A stretch of 20,000 nt of DNA from Chiloscyllium plagiosum (lineage: Eukaryota), in contig NC_057719.1 in assembly GCF_004010195.1 (NCBI RefSeq), positions 38,535,259-38,555,258 on the forward strand, in the 5' to 3' direction. A program made the translations under genes and the position numbers. Shown one piece after another: positions 1 to 11,660 of this stretch (the first letter of the stretch is position 1; each line of letters starts with the position of its first letter). Under the pieces are notes generated by a model. That model was not told where the DNA came from. It saw only the letters and a program-made list of their open reading frames with translations, and searched no databases.

Positions 1-4
1 TACT

Positions 5-110
5 TATTGAATTTAAATTACAACATCTGCTGTGGTAGTATTGTAATCCATGCCTCAGAGACGCAAGACCTCCAAATTATTAGTCCAGCGACATGAACAT
101 CAACACAACT
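5..110 (-). mobile_element. Degraded tRNA-derived SINE 5' fragment
   Basis: Reverse complement resembles a decayed SINE head recalled from sharks (…GTCGCTGGACTAATAAT…GGATTACAATACTACCACAGCAGATGTTGTAATTTAAATTCAA). Pol III boxes are degenerate and boundaries approximate. Confidence 0.4.
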
Positions 111-197
111 GATGCTAAAACAATGGATTCCATCACCCATGTCAATTTCAAGTTACATGTGCAATTCTTCTCAAAGCTGCTTATTCTTCTTTGTATA

Positions 198-415
198 CAG
201 GCAGTTCTTCGATAATGCAATGGTTGCATTCTTGTAAAACCCCGCATTATAGAAAAATCGCGCTTTAGAAACAACGCCTAAAGTATTAACAATGTAATCA
301 TGTTACAGGCAACACACATTTTAAACTTTTGTGCTTTAAACCAGTGTTCCCAATTCATCAGTCATGTTACATTGAATTTGCGTTAATGAAGCAAGAGTTA
401 TAGCAGAACAACCTG
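198..415. mobile_element. Non-autonomous Tc1/mariner-superfamily (pogo/Tigger-like) MITE, 218 bp
   Basis: TA at 196-197 and 416-417. Left end CAGGCAGTTCTTCGATAA versus reverse complement of right end CAGGTTGTTCTGCTATAA is 14/18 identical. CAG-starting TIRs with a TA duplication are typical of the superfamily. No transposase. Confidence 0.7.
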
Positions 416-3261
416 TATTTTTAAAATATACCTGATTATTGCATGCAACTTTTAAACAGAAAATGTTTTCACATTGGAAAATGCCATTCAAAACATTTAA
501 GCATATTGGCAAATAGCCCTGCCATCGTGTTGTAGTACTTCAAAAGTCTATCTAGTTCCACATCCAAAGGTAACCATACCTCTGGTTGGGCAGCGTGTTA
601 TCTATTTAACATTTTGTTTATTGGTTTATGAAAAGTTAGCATTTGTTCACCTCCAACTGTCCTTGTTTTTTTGAACAGCTGCAATTTATGTACAATTGGT
701 CAATGGCGACAATGTCCAGTGCAATCAAGGCAACACAGAAGTTTGGATAATTCAACATTGTAAGATATAGGACAAAAAGCTGCTGATGCAGTGCCACTCC
801 TTACATGATCTGAGCCCTTAATGGAGTACTTAAACCAGTTTTTAAGTGAACAGAATGCAGATGTCAAATATTGGTTTGTAATTTTAACAATTTAATTCAA
901 CATTGCCCTTTTCAATATCCTGTCTACAATTCCATTATTTGAAATCCCTTGTCTATTTTATTTCCTTGTAACTCATGAAAAAGAAGTTATAATAATATGG
1001 ATTTTTATGATTTTCATTTCCAAATGAGTGGCTTAAAGGTTGCTACAAGTCATTTAGCTGTAGATCTGCTAGCTCTAGATGGATGGCAGAGAAACATGCC
1101 TAGACATGTAAAGACTCTTTAAAATACCAGGAATCTGCAAAAAGGCTATTTGGAACAAGTTCTAGGCTCACAGAGAAACAGCAGAAGGAGCAAAAATTTT
1201 GAAGGGACTCAGCATAATTGTCTGCTTTCTGCAATCCTTGATTCTTCAAAATTAGCATATAATCATTTTTAACTTTTGAATTGTAAGAAGAAATCTGGCC
1301 ATGAATTCAGTGGGTAGAACTCCAAAAAGGCAGCTTACAGAACCACCCTCTTTGAGGAGTTTTAATCATGGGAAGACAAAGAAAGAAAAGGTATACAGCA
1401 ACCAAATATTGTTCTGTCAAAGGAAGGTTATGCAGCAAGTGCCAAAACCATAGAGAGAGAGCCAGAAAGAGCAGGAAGATTGGTGGAAATGAAAGGCAGG
1501 TGGGTGAGAAGGGAGAGATCTAGGGCATTAGGTGGGCGAAGGCTGTAGGGCATCAAGTAAGTTGATTTGTGTTTAGGGCAGGTTGGGGCCAGTGGGCATT
1601 TGTTTATAATGTTAGGTCTGTCAGCATCAATTCAGGGTATCAGGTCCAGGTAGGCGAGGGATCATTTGGGGTAGGGGATGGTGAATAGTTCCAGACATAA
1701 CACCAGGTTTTAATCCTATAACTTTTTTTGGATAGCTGTTAAGCTCAAGTGAGTTGAAACCCTGCAAAATCTCAAACTAACTCAGAGCTGGGACATTTTT
1801 GGAAGATACAGATGTTGGGAAATTGTCCAAAGGAAATATCAATTTTCCAGACTATTCCAATGGTGCAGCTGCATATCTGCAATTTATACTGCTAGAATGA
1901 CTATTCCCCTTTCAGAATTTTTAAGCTCTCATTTTAACCACTAAATCAGTAAGAAACTTTGTTATGACCAAGCTGATTTCCAACAGCATCTTCTGAATAT
2001 TCAACTGTACATTATTCATCAGATGAAATCTTTTCTGAACCAGATATTTTAATATTGATTAGAAAGTTCACATTGACCAGATCTTGTGAATCTTGATAGA
2101 GAAGATTACTTTAATCAGACGTTTTCTTATAGTCACTAGGCTACCAGCAAGTGTACAAGTAGATCACTAATCATTCACACTCCCAAAGCTGAAATATCTT
2201 TGCCACAACTAAAACCATTTGTCAGAACTATGATATTTCTCTCAATAATGTAAATCCACTTCATTTGAAGTAGACAAGGAAACCAAAAATGTTAACAGAT
2301 CTAAACATTAAAAAGCAATGGTTGTTGGTGGCACAATAGGTGCTTCTTCAAAAAGAGCAATTTAATTTCTTTAAAACAACATAATTAGACAGATGGAGTC
2401 CGTAAATCATGATTCCCTGAAGGTTTGACAAAACTTATAACTTCAAATGGTGTAATTCTGTGTACCATTACTACAAGGGTTATAGTGTTGTTGCAATTGA
2501 AATTAAGCTGTTATTTGGAGATCAAATATAAGCAAGATCAGTCAGTTCTTGACACAAAGTTAAATTTGATTTTAAATCTCTGCAATTCAATATGCAAGTC
2601 TGTAGCAAACTGGCTAGACAAGGTCAGAATTATAAAACCTGTTAATATATGCATTGTAGGAAGTTGACTACTACATAGACATGTGTTCTTCACATCTGCT
2701 ACCTTGATGTGAGGCTTTTGAGTAAAAAGGATTGGATTGTTTCTGACTGCCTGAAATCCAAATAAAGCTCCCACAACAACAAATAAAATTACATGATGGC
2801 AATTTAAATGTACTAAAAGTAACTTTTAAAAGCCACTTGCTTAAATTGTAACAAAACAAAATGAGAATCCTTTTTCTCAATTAAAAAAAAAATCACTAAA
2901 ACATTTGGCAACTTATAATACCCATTAGCGCAGTCTTCAATTGAATGTTTGTTTATAAAATTCATTCTTTACTCTTTTTGGCTTCTCTTCTATAGCCACA
3001 CATTTTGCTATTTCTGTATGGTCTGTTTAGTTTTAGATTTATATTTGTCTTGCAAAGCACTGCCTATGTATGTTTAGACAGAGTCTAGTAACATGATATT
3101 TAAAACACTCATTTCAAAATTCTTTAGACACGGATTTAAATTCTACCAGAAGCCCAGCACATAACTACCATATCAAGGAGGTTGTTTTGGTTAATTCTGC
3201 AATCATATTCATTCTTCCTGTTCTTTTATCCACTCAAACCTATTACATTTTAATTTTTCAC

Positions 3262-3360
3262 AATTCTGATAAAAGGCCACACACCAGAAATGTTAACCTG
3301 TTTTTTCTCACCACAGATGCTGTCAGACCTGCTGTGCATTTCCAACATTTTCTGCTTTCA
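3262..3360 (+). mobile_element. Penelope-like terminal fragment with degenerate hammerhead motif (family C)
   Basis: CTGATAA-AAGGCCACACACCA-GAAA-TGTTAAC followed by ACAGATGCTGTCAGACCTGCTGTGCATTTCCA. This tail is similar to those at 4972-4999, 15017-15046 and, inverted, 16930-17020. Confidence 0.55.
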
Positions 3361-3487
3361 TGTAGACATGTAGATATTCAACTATACAATCAAAGTTCAT
3401 TCTGATTGTTTCATGAGCCCCACATTAACTTCATTAAGAGGAAAATAGCTTGAACAACAGTCTATGGTTTGAAAATATTTCACTGGC

Positions 3488-3545
3488 AATAAAGCGCTTG
3501 AGGTGACCAGTGGACATGACAGGTGCTATATAAATACAAAACTGT
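3488..3545 (+). mobile_element. Old SINE/L2-type 3' tail fragment (Deu/AmnSINE-like)
   Basis: TAAAGCGCTTGAGG…AGGTGCTATATAAATACAAA resembles the recalled GTAAAGCGCTTT…GGCGCTATATAAATGCAAG tail. Confidence 0.35.
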
Positions 3546-3576
3546 CCTTTACAGGTGCCACTTGGTCTACTGGCTA

Positions 3577-3945
3577 TATGAATTAAGAGCATGAATAGGC
3601 TATTCAGTCCCTCTAGTCTGCTCTGCTATTCAATAAGATAGTACCTGATCTAAGCATGATCTCAAATCCATATTGCCATCTATCCCTGACAGCCTTAGAT
3701 TCTTAAATCTCAAGGGGAGTCTTTCTACTTCTGCATTAAAAGTATTAGATAACTCTATCTTTAATACTCACTCAGGAAGACTGTACCAAAGACTTGCAAT
3801 CCTCTGAAAAGAAACATTTCTCCTTATCTGCAATCTTAAATAGAAGGCCACCTTTTCTTTTCCAAAATATTGTGTCACCTGGTTCTAGTCTCTCCCAGAA
3901 GGATCCTTTCAGCATCCACCTAGTCAAGTTATTGCAGGATCCAGT
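3577..3945 (-). mobile_element. Old CR1-clade LINE 3' fragment
   Basis: Reverse-complement CR1-type 3' UTR (ATAGGCTATTCAGTCCCTCTAGTCTGCTCTGCTATTCAATAAGAT) plus decayed ORF2 C-terminal sequence. Boundaries approximate. Confidence 0.55.
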
Positions 3946-3954
3946 ATCTCCAGT

Positions 3955-4740
3955 GGTTTCCTAAAATCACATGAAGTGAACTAAATTGATTGAAGACTGG
4001 CATTTGTGATGCGGTGGATTTCAGGTGGTGGTCGAGGTCGATCATCCACTCAGCAACCGTGGCTGAAGATGGTTGTAAATGAAGATGGTTGCAAATGCTT
4101 TGGTCTTGTTTTTTTAAAGTGATGTGCTCACTTTCCCCCTCCTCCCCTACTAATCAAAATGTGTATACTTGTGAAGCCTCCACTCCCTGTTAGTTGTCTA
4201 ATGATGACAACTATTCAATGGATATGGCAGGGTGACAGAGCTTAGATCTGATCCAGTGATCATGGGATCATTTCATTCTGATGCTTTCATGCTACTACTG
4301 CTATTTGGCATGCATGGAGTCCTGTATTGTATCTTCACCAGGTCGACACTTCATTTTAAGTATGCCTGATGCTACTCCTGGCATGGCCACTTGCACTCTT
4401 CGTTGAATCAGGGTTGACCTCCTGGTTTGGTGGAAATGTGAAATGGAGGATTTGCCAGGGAGACTGCAGACTGCGCTTGACTATAGTTTTACTGCTTCTG
4501 ATGCCAAAGTGCTTCGGTGCTCAGTTTTGAGTTGCTAGAGCTGTTCAAAGCCTATCACATTTCGTACAGTTAGAGTGCTACACATCATGATGGAGGGTAT
4601 CCTCAGTGGGAAGATAGGACTTAGTCCTACTAGGCCTAAGCAGCGGTTACTCAAACTGATATTGTCATGGACAGATGCATCTGCAAAAATTAAGCCAATT
4701 AGTCTTGTGGGTTCCCTCACTCCGATTCTGTACACTTGCC
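3955..4740 (-). mobile_element. Decayed CR1-clade LINE ORF2 fragment (APE endonuclease C-terminus and linker)
   Basis: Minus-strand translation gives REPTR…ADASVHDNISLSNR (4535-4735 ORF, the PTR…SDH region of APE) and QPWFNEECK near 4400-4430. There are frameshifts and stops. Contains a 16-bp tandem duplication at 4065-4096. Confidence 0.65.
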
Positions 4741-4897
4741 ACCCTCAGTGTTTTATCCAACATAGGGTACATACCAAGCTCAAACAAACACAGAACATTG
4801 ACTTACTCAATACTTGAGAATGATCAGCAAGCAAAGTTCATCAGTGTGGCAGAGTGATGCACTCTCCTCAAAGACTACTGAAAGCACCTATGGTGCA

Positions 4898-5055
4898 AAG
4901 TCAAGATTAGAGTGGTGCTGGAAAAGCACAGGTCAGGCAGCATCCAAAACGTCGATTTTCCTGCTCCTCGAATGCTGCCTGACCTGCTGTGCTTTTCCAT
5001 CTCGACTCTAAGCTCGACTCTAATCTCCAGCATCTACAGTGCCCACTTCTGATCA
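4898..5055. mobile_element. Short Penelope-like insertion made of two inverted terminal segments (family A), with 8-bp flanking direct repeat
   Basis: TGGAAAAGCACAGGTCAGGCAGCAT (4919-4943) is the reverse complement of 4972-4999 except for a 3-nt indel. The hammerhead 3' half AAACGTCGATT lies at about 4947-4957. ATGGTGCA occurs at 4890-4897 and 5056-5063. Confidence 0.7.
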
Positions 5056-5403
5056 ATGGTGCATTTCCTAAAGAGCAATTCTAGTCTATAGTATAGAATT
5101 AATAAAATTATGTGATAATGTAGGGCTCACTTCCAGAGGTGCTCTGAACTAATTTCTCACATCCAGTGAAATCTGGATTGAGACTAAACATTTTGCTCTC
5201 CAAGGACTCGGCAGTTGCCAAATAGGTGACTGTTATTCATGTGCAAATATTGTGAGTGAGTGTTGGCATCAATCTCCATTCCCACCAACTTTGATGTATT
5301 CCAACAAGTCGTACGCATGTGCATCCTCTGGGCAAGAACAATATTTAGTAAGCTGAGATGCCCTGATATTAAATTACCTGCTGATGGTCACCATCATGGC
5401 TCA

Positions 5404-5745
<342 letters not shown>

Positions 5746-5817
5746 CTAAAAATACACAAAAATATACTTAACATGGTAACATGAATAATATGTTTGAACT
5801 TTATACATACTTGTTTA

Positions 5818-6057
<240 letters not shown>

Positions 6058-6105
6058 CTATACATAATGAAGTATTTTATAAGTTTGTATGTGTAAATTG
6101 TTTTT

Positions 6106-6388
6106 ATTAGATTCCTCTACAGTGTGGAAACAGGCCCTTTGGCCCAACAAGTCCACGCCAATCCTCCGAAGAGTAACCCATGCAGACACTATGGGCAATT
6201 TAGCATGGCCAATTCACCTGACCCGCACATCTTTGGACCGTGGGAGGAAACTGGAGCACCCAGAGGAAACCCACACAGGCACGGGGAGAATGTGCAAACT
6301 CCACAGAAAGTTGCCAGAGGCTGGATTTGAACCCGGGTCCCTGGCGCTGTGAGGCAGCAGTGATAACCGCTGAGACACCGTGCCACCC
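6106..6388 (-). mobile_element. tRNA-derived SINE, HE1/V-SINE type
   Basis: Minus strand GGGTGGCACGGTGTCTCAGCGGTTATCACTGCTGCCTCACAGCGCCAGGGACCCGGGTTCAAATCC contains the A-box and the B-box (6323-6333). It is followed by the V-domain-like GTGGAGTTTGCACATTCTCCCCGTG and a CR1-like tail. A second copy is at 10523-10817. Confidence 0.9.
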
Positions 6389-6471
6389 ATTTAGTGAGGT
6401 TGCATTATTTCCCACATTAAGTCCAAGTTTTAGCTTACATGCAGACAATTCAAGTGGACTACTGGTCTGAC

Positions 6472-7720
6472 CATAGAGTCATAGAGATGTACAGCATGGA
6501 AATAGACCCTTTGGTCAGACTTGTCCATGCCAACCAGACATCCCAACCTAATATAGTCCCATTTACCAGCACTTGGTCCAAATCTCTCTAAACCCTTCAT
6601 ATACCCATCCAGATGCCTTTTAAAAGATGCAATTGCACCAGCCGCCACCACTTTTTCTGGCAGCTCACTCCATGAACGCACCACCCTCTGCGTGAAAAGG
6701 TTGCCCCTCGGGTCCCTTTTACATTTTTCTCCCCTCACCCTAAACCTATGCCCTCTAGTTCTGGACTCCACCAGCCGCGGGGAAAAGACATTGTCTATTT
6801 ATCCGATCCATGCCCCTCATGATTTTATAAACCTCTATAAGGTCACCTATCAGCCTCAGACTCTCCAGGGAAAACAGACCCAGTCTATTCACCCTCTTCC
6901 TATAGCTCAAATCCTTCTACTCTGGCAACATCCTTGAAAATCTTTTCTGAACTTTTTCAAGTTTCACAACATCTTTCTGAGAGGAAGGTAACCAGAACTG
7001 CACGCAATATTCCAACGCCCTGTACAGCTGCAATATGACTTCAGACTCCTATACTCAATGCTCTGACCAACGAAGGAAAGTACACCAGACACCTTCTTCA
7101 CTATCTAATCTACCTGCAACTCTACTTTCAAGGAGCTATGAACCTGCACTCCAAAGTCTCTGTTCAGCAACATTCCCTAGGACCTTATCATTAAGTGTAT
7201 AAGTACTGCTAAGATTTCCTTTCCCAAAATGCAGCACTTCACATTTATCTAAATTAAATTCCATCTGCCACTCCTCAGCCCATTGGCTCACCTGATCAAG
7301 ATCCCACTGTAATCTGAGGTAACCTTCTCTGCCCACTACACTTCCAATTTTGGTGTCATCTGAAAGTTACTTACTATACCTCTTATGCTCACATCCAAAT
7401 AATTTATAAATGATAAGTAGTGGACCCAGCACCGATCCTTGTGGCACTCCACTGGTCACAGCCTCCAGTCTGAAAAACAACCCTCCATCACCACCCTCTG
7501 TCTACCACCTTTGAGTCAGTTTTGTATCCAAATAGCTAGTTCTCCCTGTATTCCATGAGATCTAACCAGTCTCCCATGGGGAACCTTGTTGAATGTCTTA
7601 CTAAGTCCATATAGATCAAGTCCACTGCTCTGCCCTCATGAATCCTCTTGTTACTTTTTCCAAAAAACTCAATCAAGTTCGTGAGACATGACTTCCCACA
7701 CACAAAGTCCCTAATCAGAC
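6472..7720 (-). mobile_element. 5'-truncated CR1/HER1-type LINE (RT C-terminal part and 3' UTR)
   Basis: ORF fragments RTRGHRFRVRG…LFTQRVVRSWSELPEKVV (6430-6771) and LQWDLDQVSQWAEEWQMEFNLDKCEVLHFG (7136-7336). (CTATGACT)-type tail at about 6472-6486. Confidence 0.9.
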
Positions 7721-7965
7721 CTTGAACCAGGAATCAGACCAGGAAACAAATTCATCAGATAACTAAAAGAGATTAGTACACTAAAGAAAAGCAACCTCAT
7801 AGTTAAAGGTTCACAATTTTTAAATTATTTTAAAACAAAAAGGTTCCATTCTGAGTCACTGTTGAGATTTCACATAACTTGCAATAGAATGCCCTTCTTT
7901 CCATTCTGACTATAACTGCAGTTATTTGTTAACTAATGATCTGGTTTACTTAGTACTAATCATTA

Positions 7966-8071
7966 GCTCCTGTGGTACAGTGATTGTTTCCCTGGTTCTG
8001 ACCAAGGTTCAAGTCCCACCTATTCCAAAGGCAAGTAATAACATCTTTGAACAGACCAATTAGAAAATATC
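7966..8071 (+). mobile_element. Short tRNA-derived SINE
   Basis: A-box-like TGGTACAGTGA at 7973-7983 and B-box GGTTCAAGTCC at 8006-8016. There is no intact cloverleaf, so this is not a tRNA gene. Confidence 0.55.
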
Positions 8072-9464
8072 TACCAATCATCAGTCTGGCAGCAAATGTT
8101 TATTCAAATTAAGGTGTGGATTCAAAACTAAAACAATGGCTGCACTATACCAGTACTATCAGGTGTCAACAATAAACTTTCACTATTAGCAGCAATGTTT
8201 TAGAATTGTAACATAATTAAAATGCTGCTACTAGTTCCTTTATAAGGTTCCTTACTTGTTCCGTAAGGTAACACAACCATAAATCTGCCTGAAATATATG
8301 AGCATACACTTTTAAGGCAGAGATGGTATACATTTTTAAATGGAACCCAAATAAACGGAGCAAATGAAGTGAGTTTGGGAAAACAGAAACAATTCTGTGG
8401 CAACATGTGCTGTGAATTCCTCTCCAGCTCTGTTCTTTTACCTCTGACAGCTGAGTCAAAAGACTGAGTGCATACAGGCAAATCAGAACAAAAAAAATTC
8501 ACAGGGGCAAAATAGGAAAAATGAATGCTCATATTAATTTAGAAAAATTAGGATTTTGACAATAGTCTATGTTCTCCTCTACTAATAATTTTCAACACCA
8601 CTCGTCAATTAAGGTTTCAACCATGCAGGAAGCAATGGAGGCAAACTCTGCATGGTGGAATTTAAATTTGTATTCAATTACCAAGCATCTGCAAATTTAG
8701 ATGAGCGTTATTCACAAAGGATTGAGTAATCCTCCAGCCTCCCAAAGGAAATGACCAGGATATTGTGGCACATATCCCTGATTCTCCTTCTGTCAACCTT
8801 TTCCCAAATCTACCAAAGAATCATCTATTGCAGAGTCGGAAATATAGGTCACAGAGTATTCGTTTTAAATATAATCAATTATGTTGACCAGACAGCCAAA
8901 TAGGTAATGGAAGGAAAAGGCAAAGGTTTACCAATCTTGAAAGTTTAAAGTATTGCACTGCCTATAAGTGATTTATTCAAAGAACACTGCACTCCCAACA
9001 GAACTGCGAATGCATATCAAAAAATAATACTTTTTAACAAAGATGTTTTTACTCTATAGTTTCTAATATTCTAAGTAGGAGATGCCTTGAAGTAACTGCC
9101 AAATTTTATTTTAGAAAAAGTAGGTCAATCCTTATTTTATCTGCATTTCCTTTCCTTCAAAAATTCCTTGGTGAGAGTGCAACTGGATGGCAAGTCAAAT
9201 CCAGTCTATCACAAAATTTATGAAATTTCATAACATTTCCTCTTCAACATACCAGCACAATTATCAGGAAAAATTAAAAGGCAGTAAAATTTCTTCCCTA
9301 CTGCCTCTACGTGATTGTCAGAAGTCCCCTTTAATATCATATTTCAAAAATATGTACTCTGGCCCCTCACAATGTATACAATTGACATTTAACAATTTAA
9401 AAAATTCATCTTGCGAGCATAATCCTTCGTGATTAAATCAAGCTTTTATACCTATGCTGGCTTG

Positions 9465-9685
9465 CAAGGATTGGGTAGTTCAATTGGCTGGATGGCTAGT
9501 TTGCAATGCGGAGTGATACGAACAATTCATGCTCAACTTGCATACTGGCTAAGATCAACTTGAAGGTCTGCCTTCTCTTATTAGCCACTCATCTGAGATG
9601 CATTGACCCTTGTATTAAACTCACTGTCAGTTGTCTCTCTCTTATGAGAGAATAACCTATGGTCCTCTGGGACAAGGACTATTTG
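9465..9685 (+). mobile_element. Ancient tRNA-derived SINE
   Basis: A-box-like GGTAGTTCAATTGG at about 9474, a degenerate B-box, and a body ending TCTCTCTCTTATGAGAGA…CCTATGGTC that resembles a recalled shark SINE. Family not determined. Confidence 0.45.
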
Positions 9686-10115
9686 CAACAACAACTTTAA
9701 ATTTTTTGTAGCTGTGCGGATATATTAGATATTCAGGGCTTGTCAGATTTCAGGTGCGTTTGGTAATAAGTTAGGATTTGCAGTTACAAACCAGCTTAAG
9801 CAGAAACTGCCAAAACATTTATTTTGAAAAGCCACTCTGCTGAGGAAGTGAACATGTTGCAATGGCACTCATTTTGAGAGTCCTGCAAATATTTCCTAGC
9901 TAAATTTCTCTTAGGGAAAGAAACTTTTTTAAAAATCAGAATAACACACACAATTAGTTGCAGAATCGTATTATATACCATTATAAGATTCAACCATGAG
10001 AATTATGCCATGGCATATTTTCACTGGAATTCAAAGCATCATTAGCCAAACCTCTCTGTATGATCCATCCCAAAATGGAAATCCGGCTTACTAGAACATA
10101 GTGAAATCTACATCA

Positions 10116-10235
<120 letters not shown>

Positions 10236-10522
10236 TCAATCTCAATTGATAAATTATTCATCAATTCAAACCTGACAAATGACAGAATCAATATATAATT
10301 TAACTATTTGTTCCATAAGCAAGTTATGGTCATACACCTTTCCAAAAATAATTAACACATTTTGCTCAAGTACACTGAATCCTAGTACACAGCAACCTGG
10401 GATATCATGACACCGCATCAACTCTTTCAAACAGCAAGTCAGATATTCCCATTCCCTGGTTCTTTATTTATAAGTCAGTAATTGTCTTCTCATTCAGTGT
10501 TTCTCCAATAGCCTTTTGAAAC

Positions 10523-10817
10523 TTGATTAGATTAGATACCCTACAGTACGGAAACTGGCCCTTCGGACCAACAAGTCCATGCCGACCCTCCAAAGAGCAA
10601 CCCACCCTATATTTACCCCTGACTAATGCATCTAACAATATGGGCAATTTAGCACGGCCAATCGACCTAACCTGCACGTCTTTGGATTGTGGTAGGAAAT
10701 CCACGCACACACGGAGAGAACGTGCAAACTCCACAGGCAATCGCCTGAGGCAGGAACTGAACCCGGGTCCCTGATGCTGAGAGGCAACAATACTCACCAC
10801 TGAGCCACCATGCCACC
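10523..10817 (-). mobile_element. tRNA-derived SINE, HE1/V-SINE type, inserted in an older CR1 fragment
   Basis: Minus strand GGTGGCATGGTGGCTCAGTGG…GGGACCCGGGTTCAGTTCC, a V-domain-like core and an (AATCT)n tail. The flank 10818-10930 reads ILTRVVWMWNA, similar to the CR1 ORF2 end. Confidence 0.88.
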
Positions 10818-11228
10818 ATGCATTCCACATCCAAACTACTCGTGTTAAAATACATGATTCCTTATGAGGCTCTGGTTCTTCTGCCAATCACTAAATCTGC
10901 ACCTTCTGGTTGTTGTCCCTTTAGCTATCAAATGACTCAAAGTTGAAACTTTATTTAGTAGTTAGATTGTGCATCTTGAAGATGCATATCGTAACTCGGA
11001 AACAAAAAATATTTTTCAATCAGCTTCTAGCAATTTCTGCTCAGCTGTCTTTCCAAATTATATGCAGAACTGTTAAAACAACAAATTTGAAAAGCTTTAT
11101 TCAGGTAAATTTGATAGGGCGACAGACATCTGTGTGTAAAATTGACAGGTTATCAAGACTACAAACCAGAATTCATTTAAAATTAAACCAAGTGAGCTTT
11201 GGAATTCTTAATCATCCATTATCAGTTA

Positions 11229-11495
11229 GAACATAGAACATTACAGCACAGTATACACCCTTTGGCCCTTGATGTTGCGCCAAACTGTGGAACCAATCTG
11301 AAACCTGCACTATTCCATTTTCATCCATATGTTTATCCAATGACAATTTAAATACCCTTAAAGTTGGCGAATCTACTACTGTTGCAGCAGGGCATTCCAC
11401 ACCCCTACTATTCTGGAGTAAAGAAACCTCTGACTTCTGTCCTATACCTATCACCCCTCAATTTAAAGCTATGTCCCCTAGTGCTAGCCATCACC
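11229..11495 (-). mobile_element. CR1-clade LINE 3' end fragment
   Basis: Minus strand ends …TGTAATGTTCTATGTTCT. ORF 11212-11454 includes VVDSPTLRVFKLSLDKHMD, the CR1 ORF2 C-terminus. Confidence 0.8.
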
Positions 11496-11660
11496 AGTTG
11501 CTTGGTTTAAGTCAGAAATGTACACATTCTAATAACTAACCAAGGAAGGAGAGAGAAAAAAAACAAAACCCTGTACCAAAGCCATCTCATTTGCCATACT
11601 CCAGCAACCTTGCTGAGTAACCTGAAACTACTAAGGACAGCTCCAGGCGAAGCAAAACCT

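Noticed and set aside
1480..1865. G-rich tract and imperfect hairpin at about 1815-1860
   Set aside because: G-runs are too irregular for a clear G-quadruplex call and the pairing is weak. It is probably an old unclassified repeat that I cannot assign.
6320..6388. tRNA gene candidates here and at 7966-8020, 9470-9545 and 10745-10817
   Set aside because: A/B boxes are present, but there is no complete cloverleaf and each continues into a SINE body.
6089..6470. Cluster of overlapping ORFs on both strands (also 10468-10887)
   Set aside because: These are chance open frames in GC-richer SINE sequence, with no protein signature.
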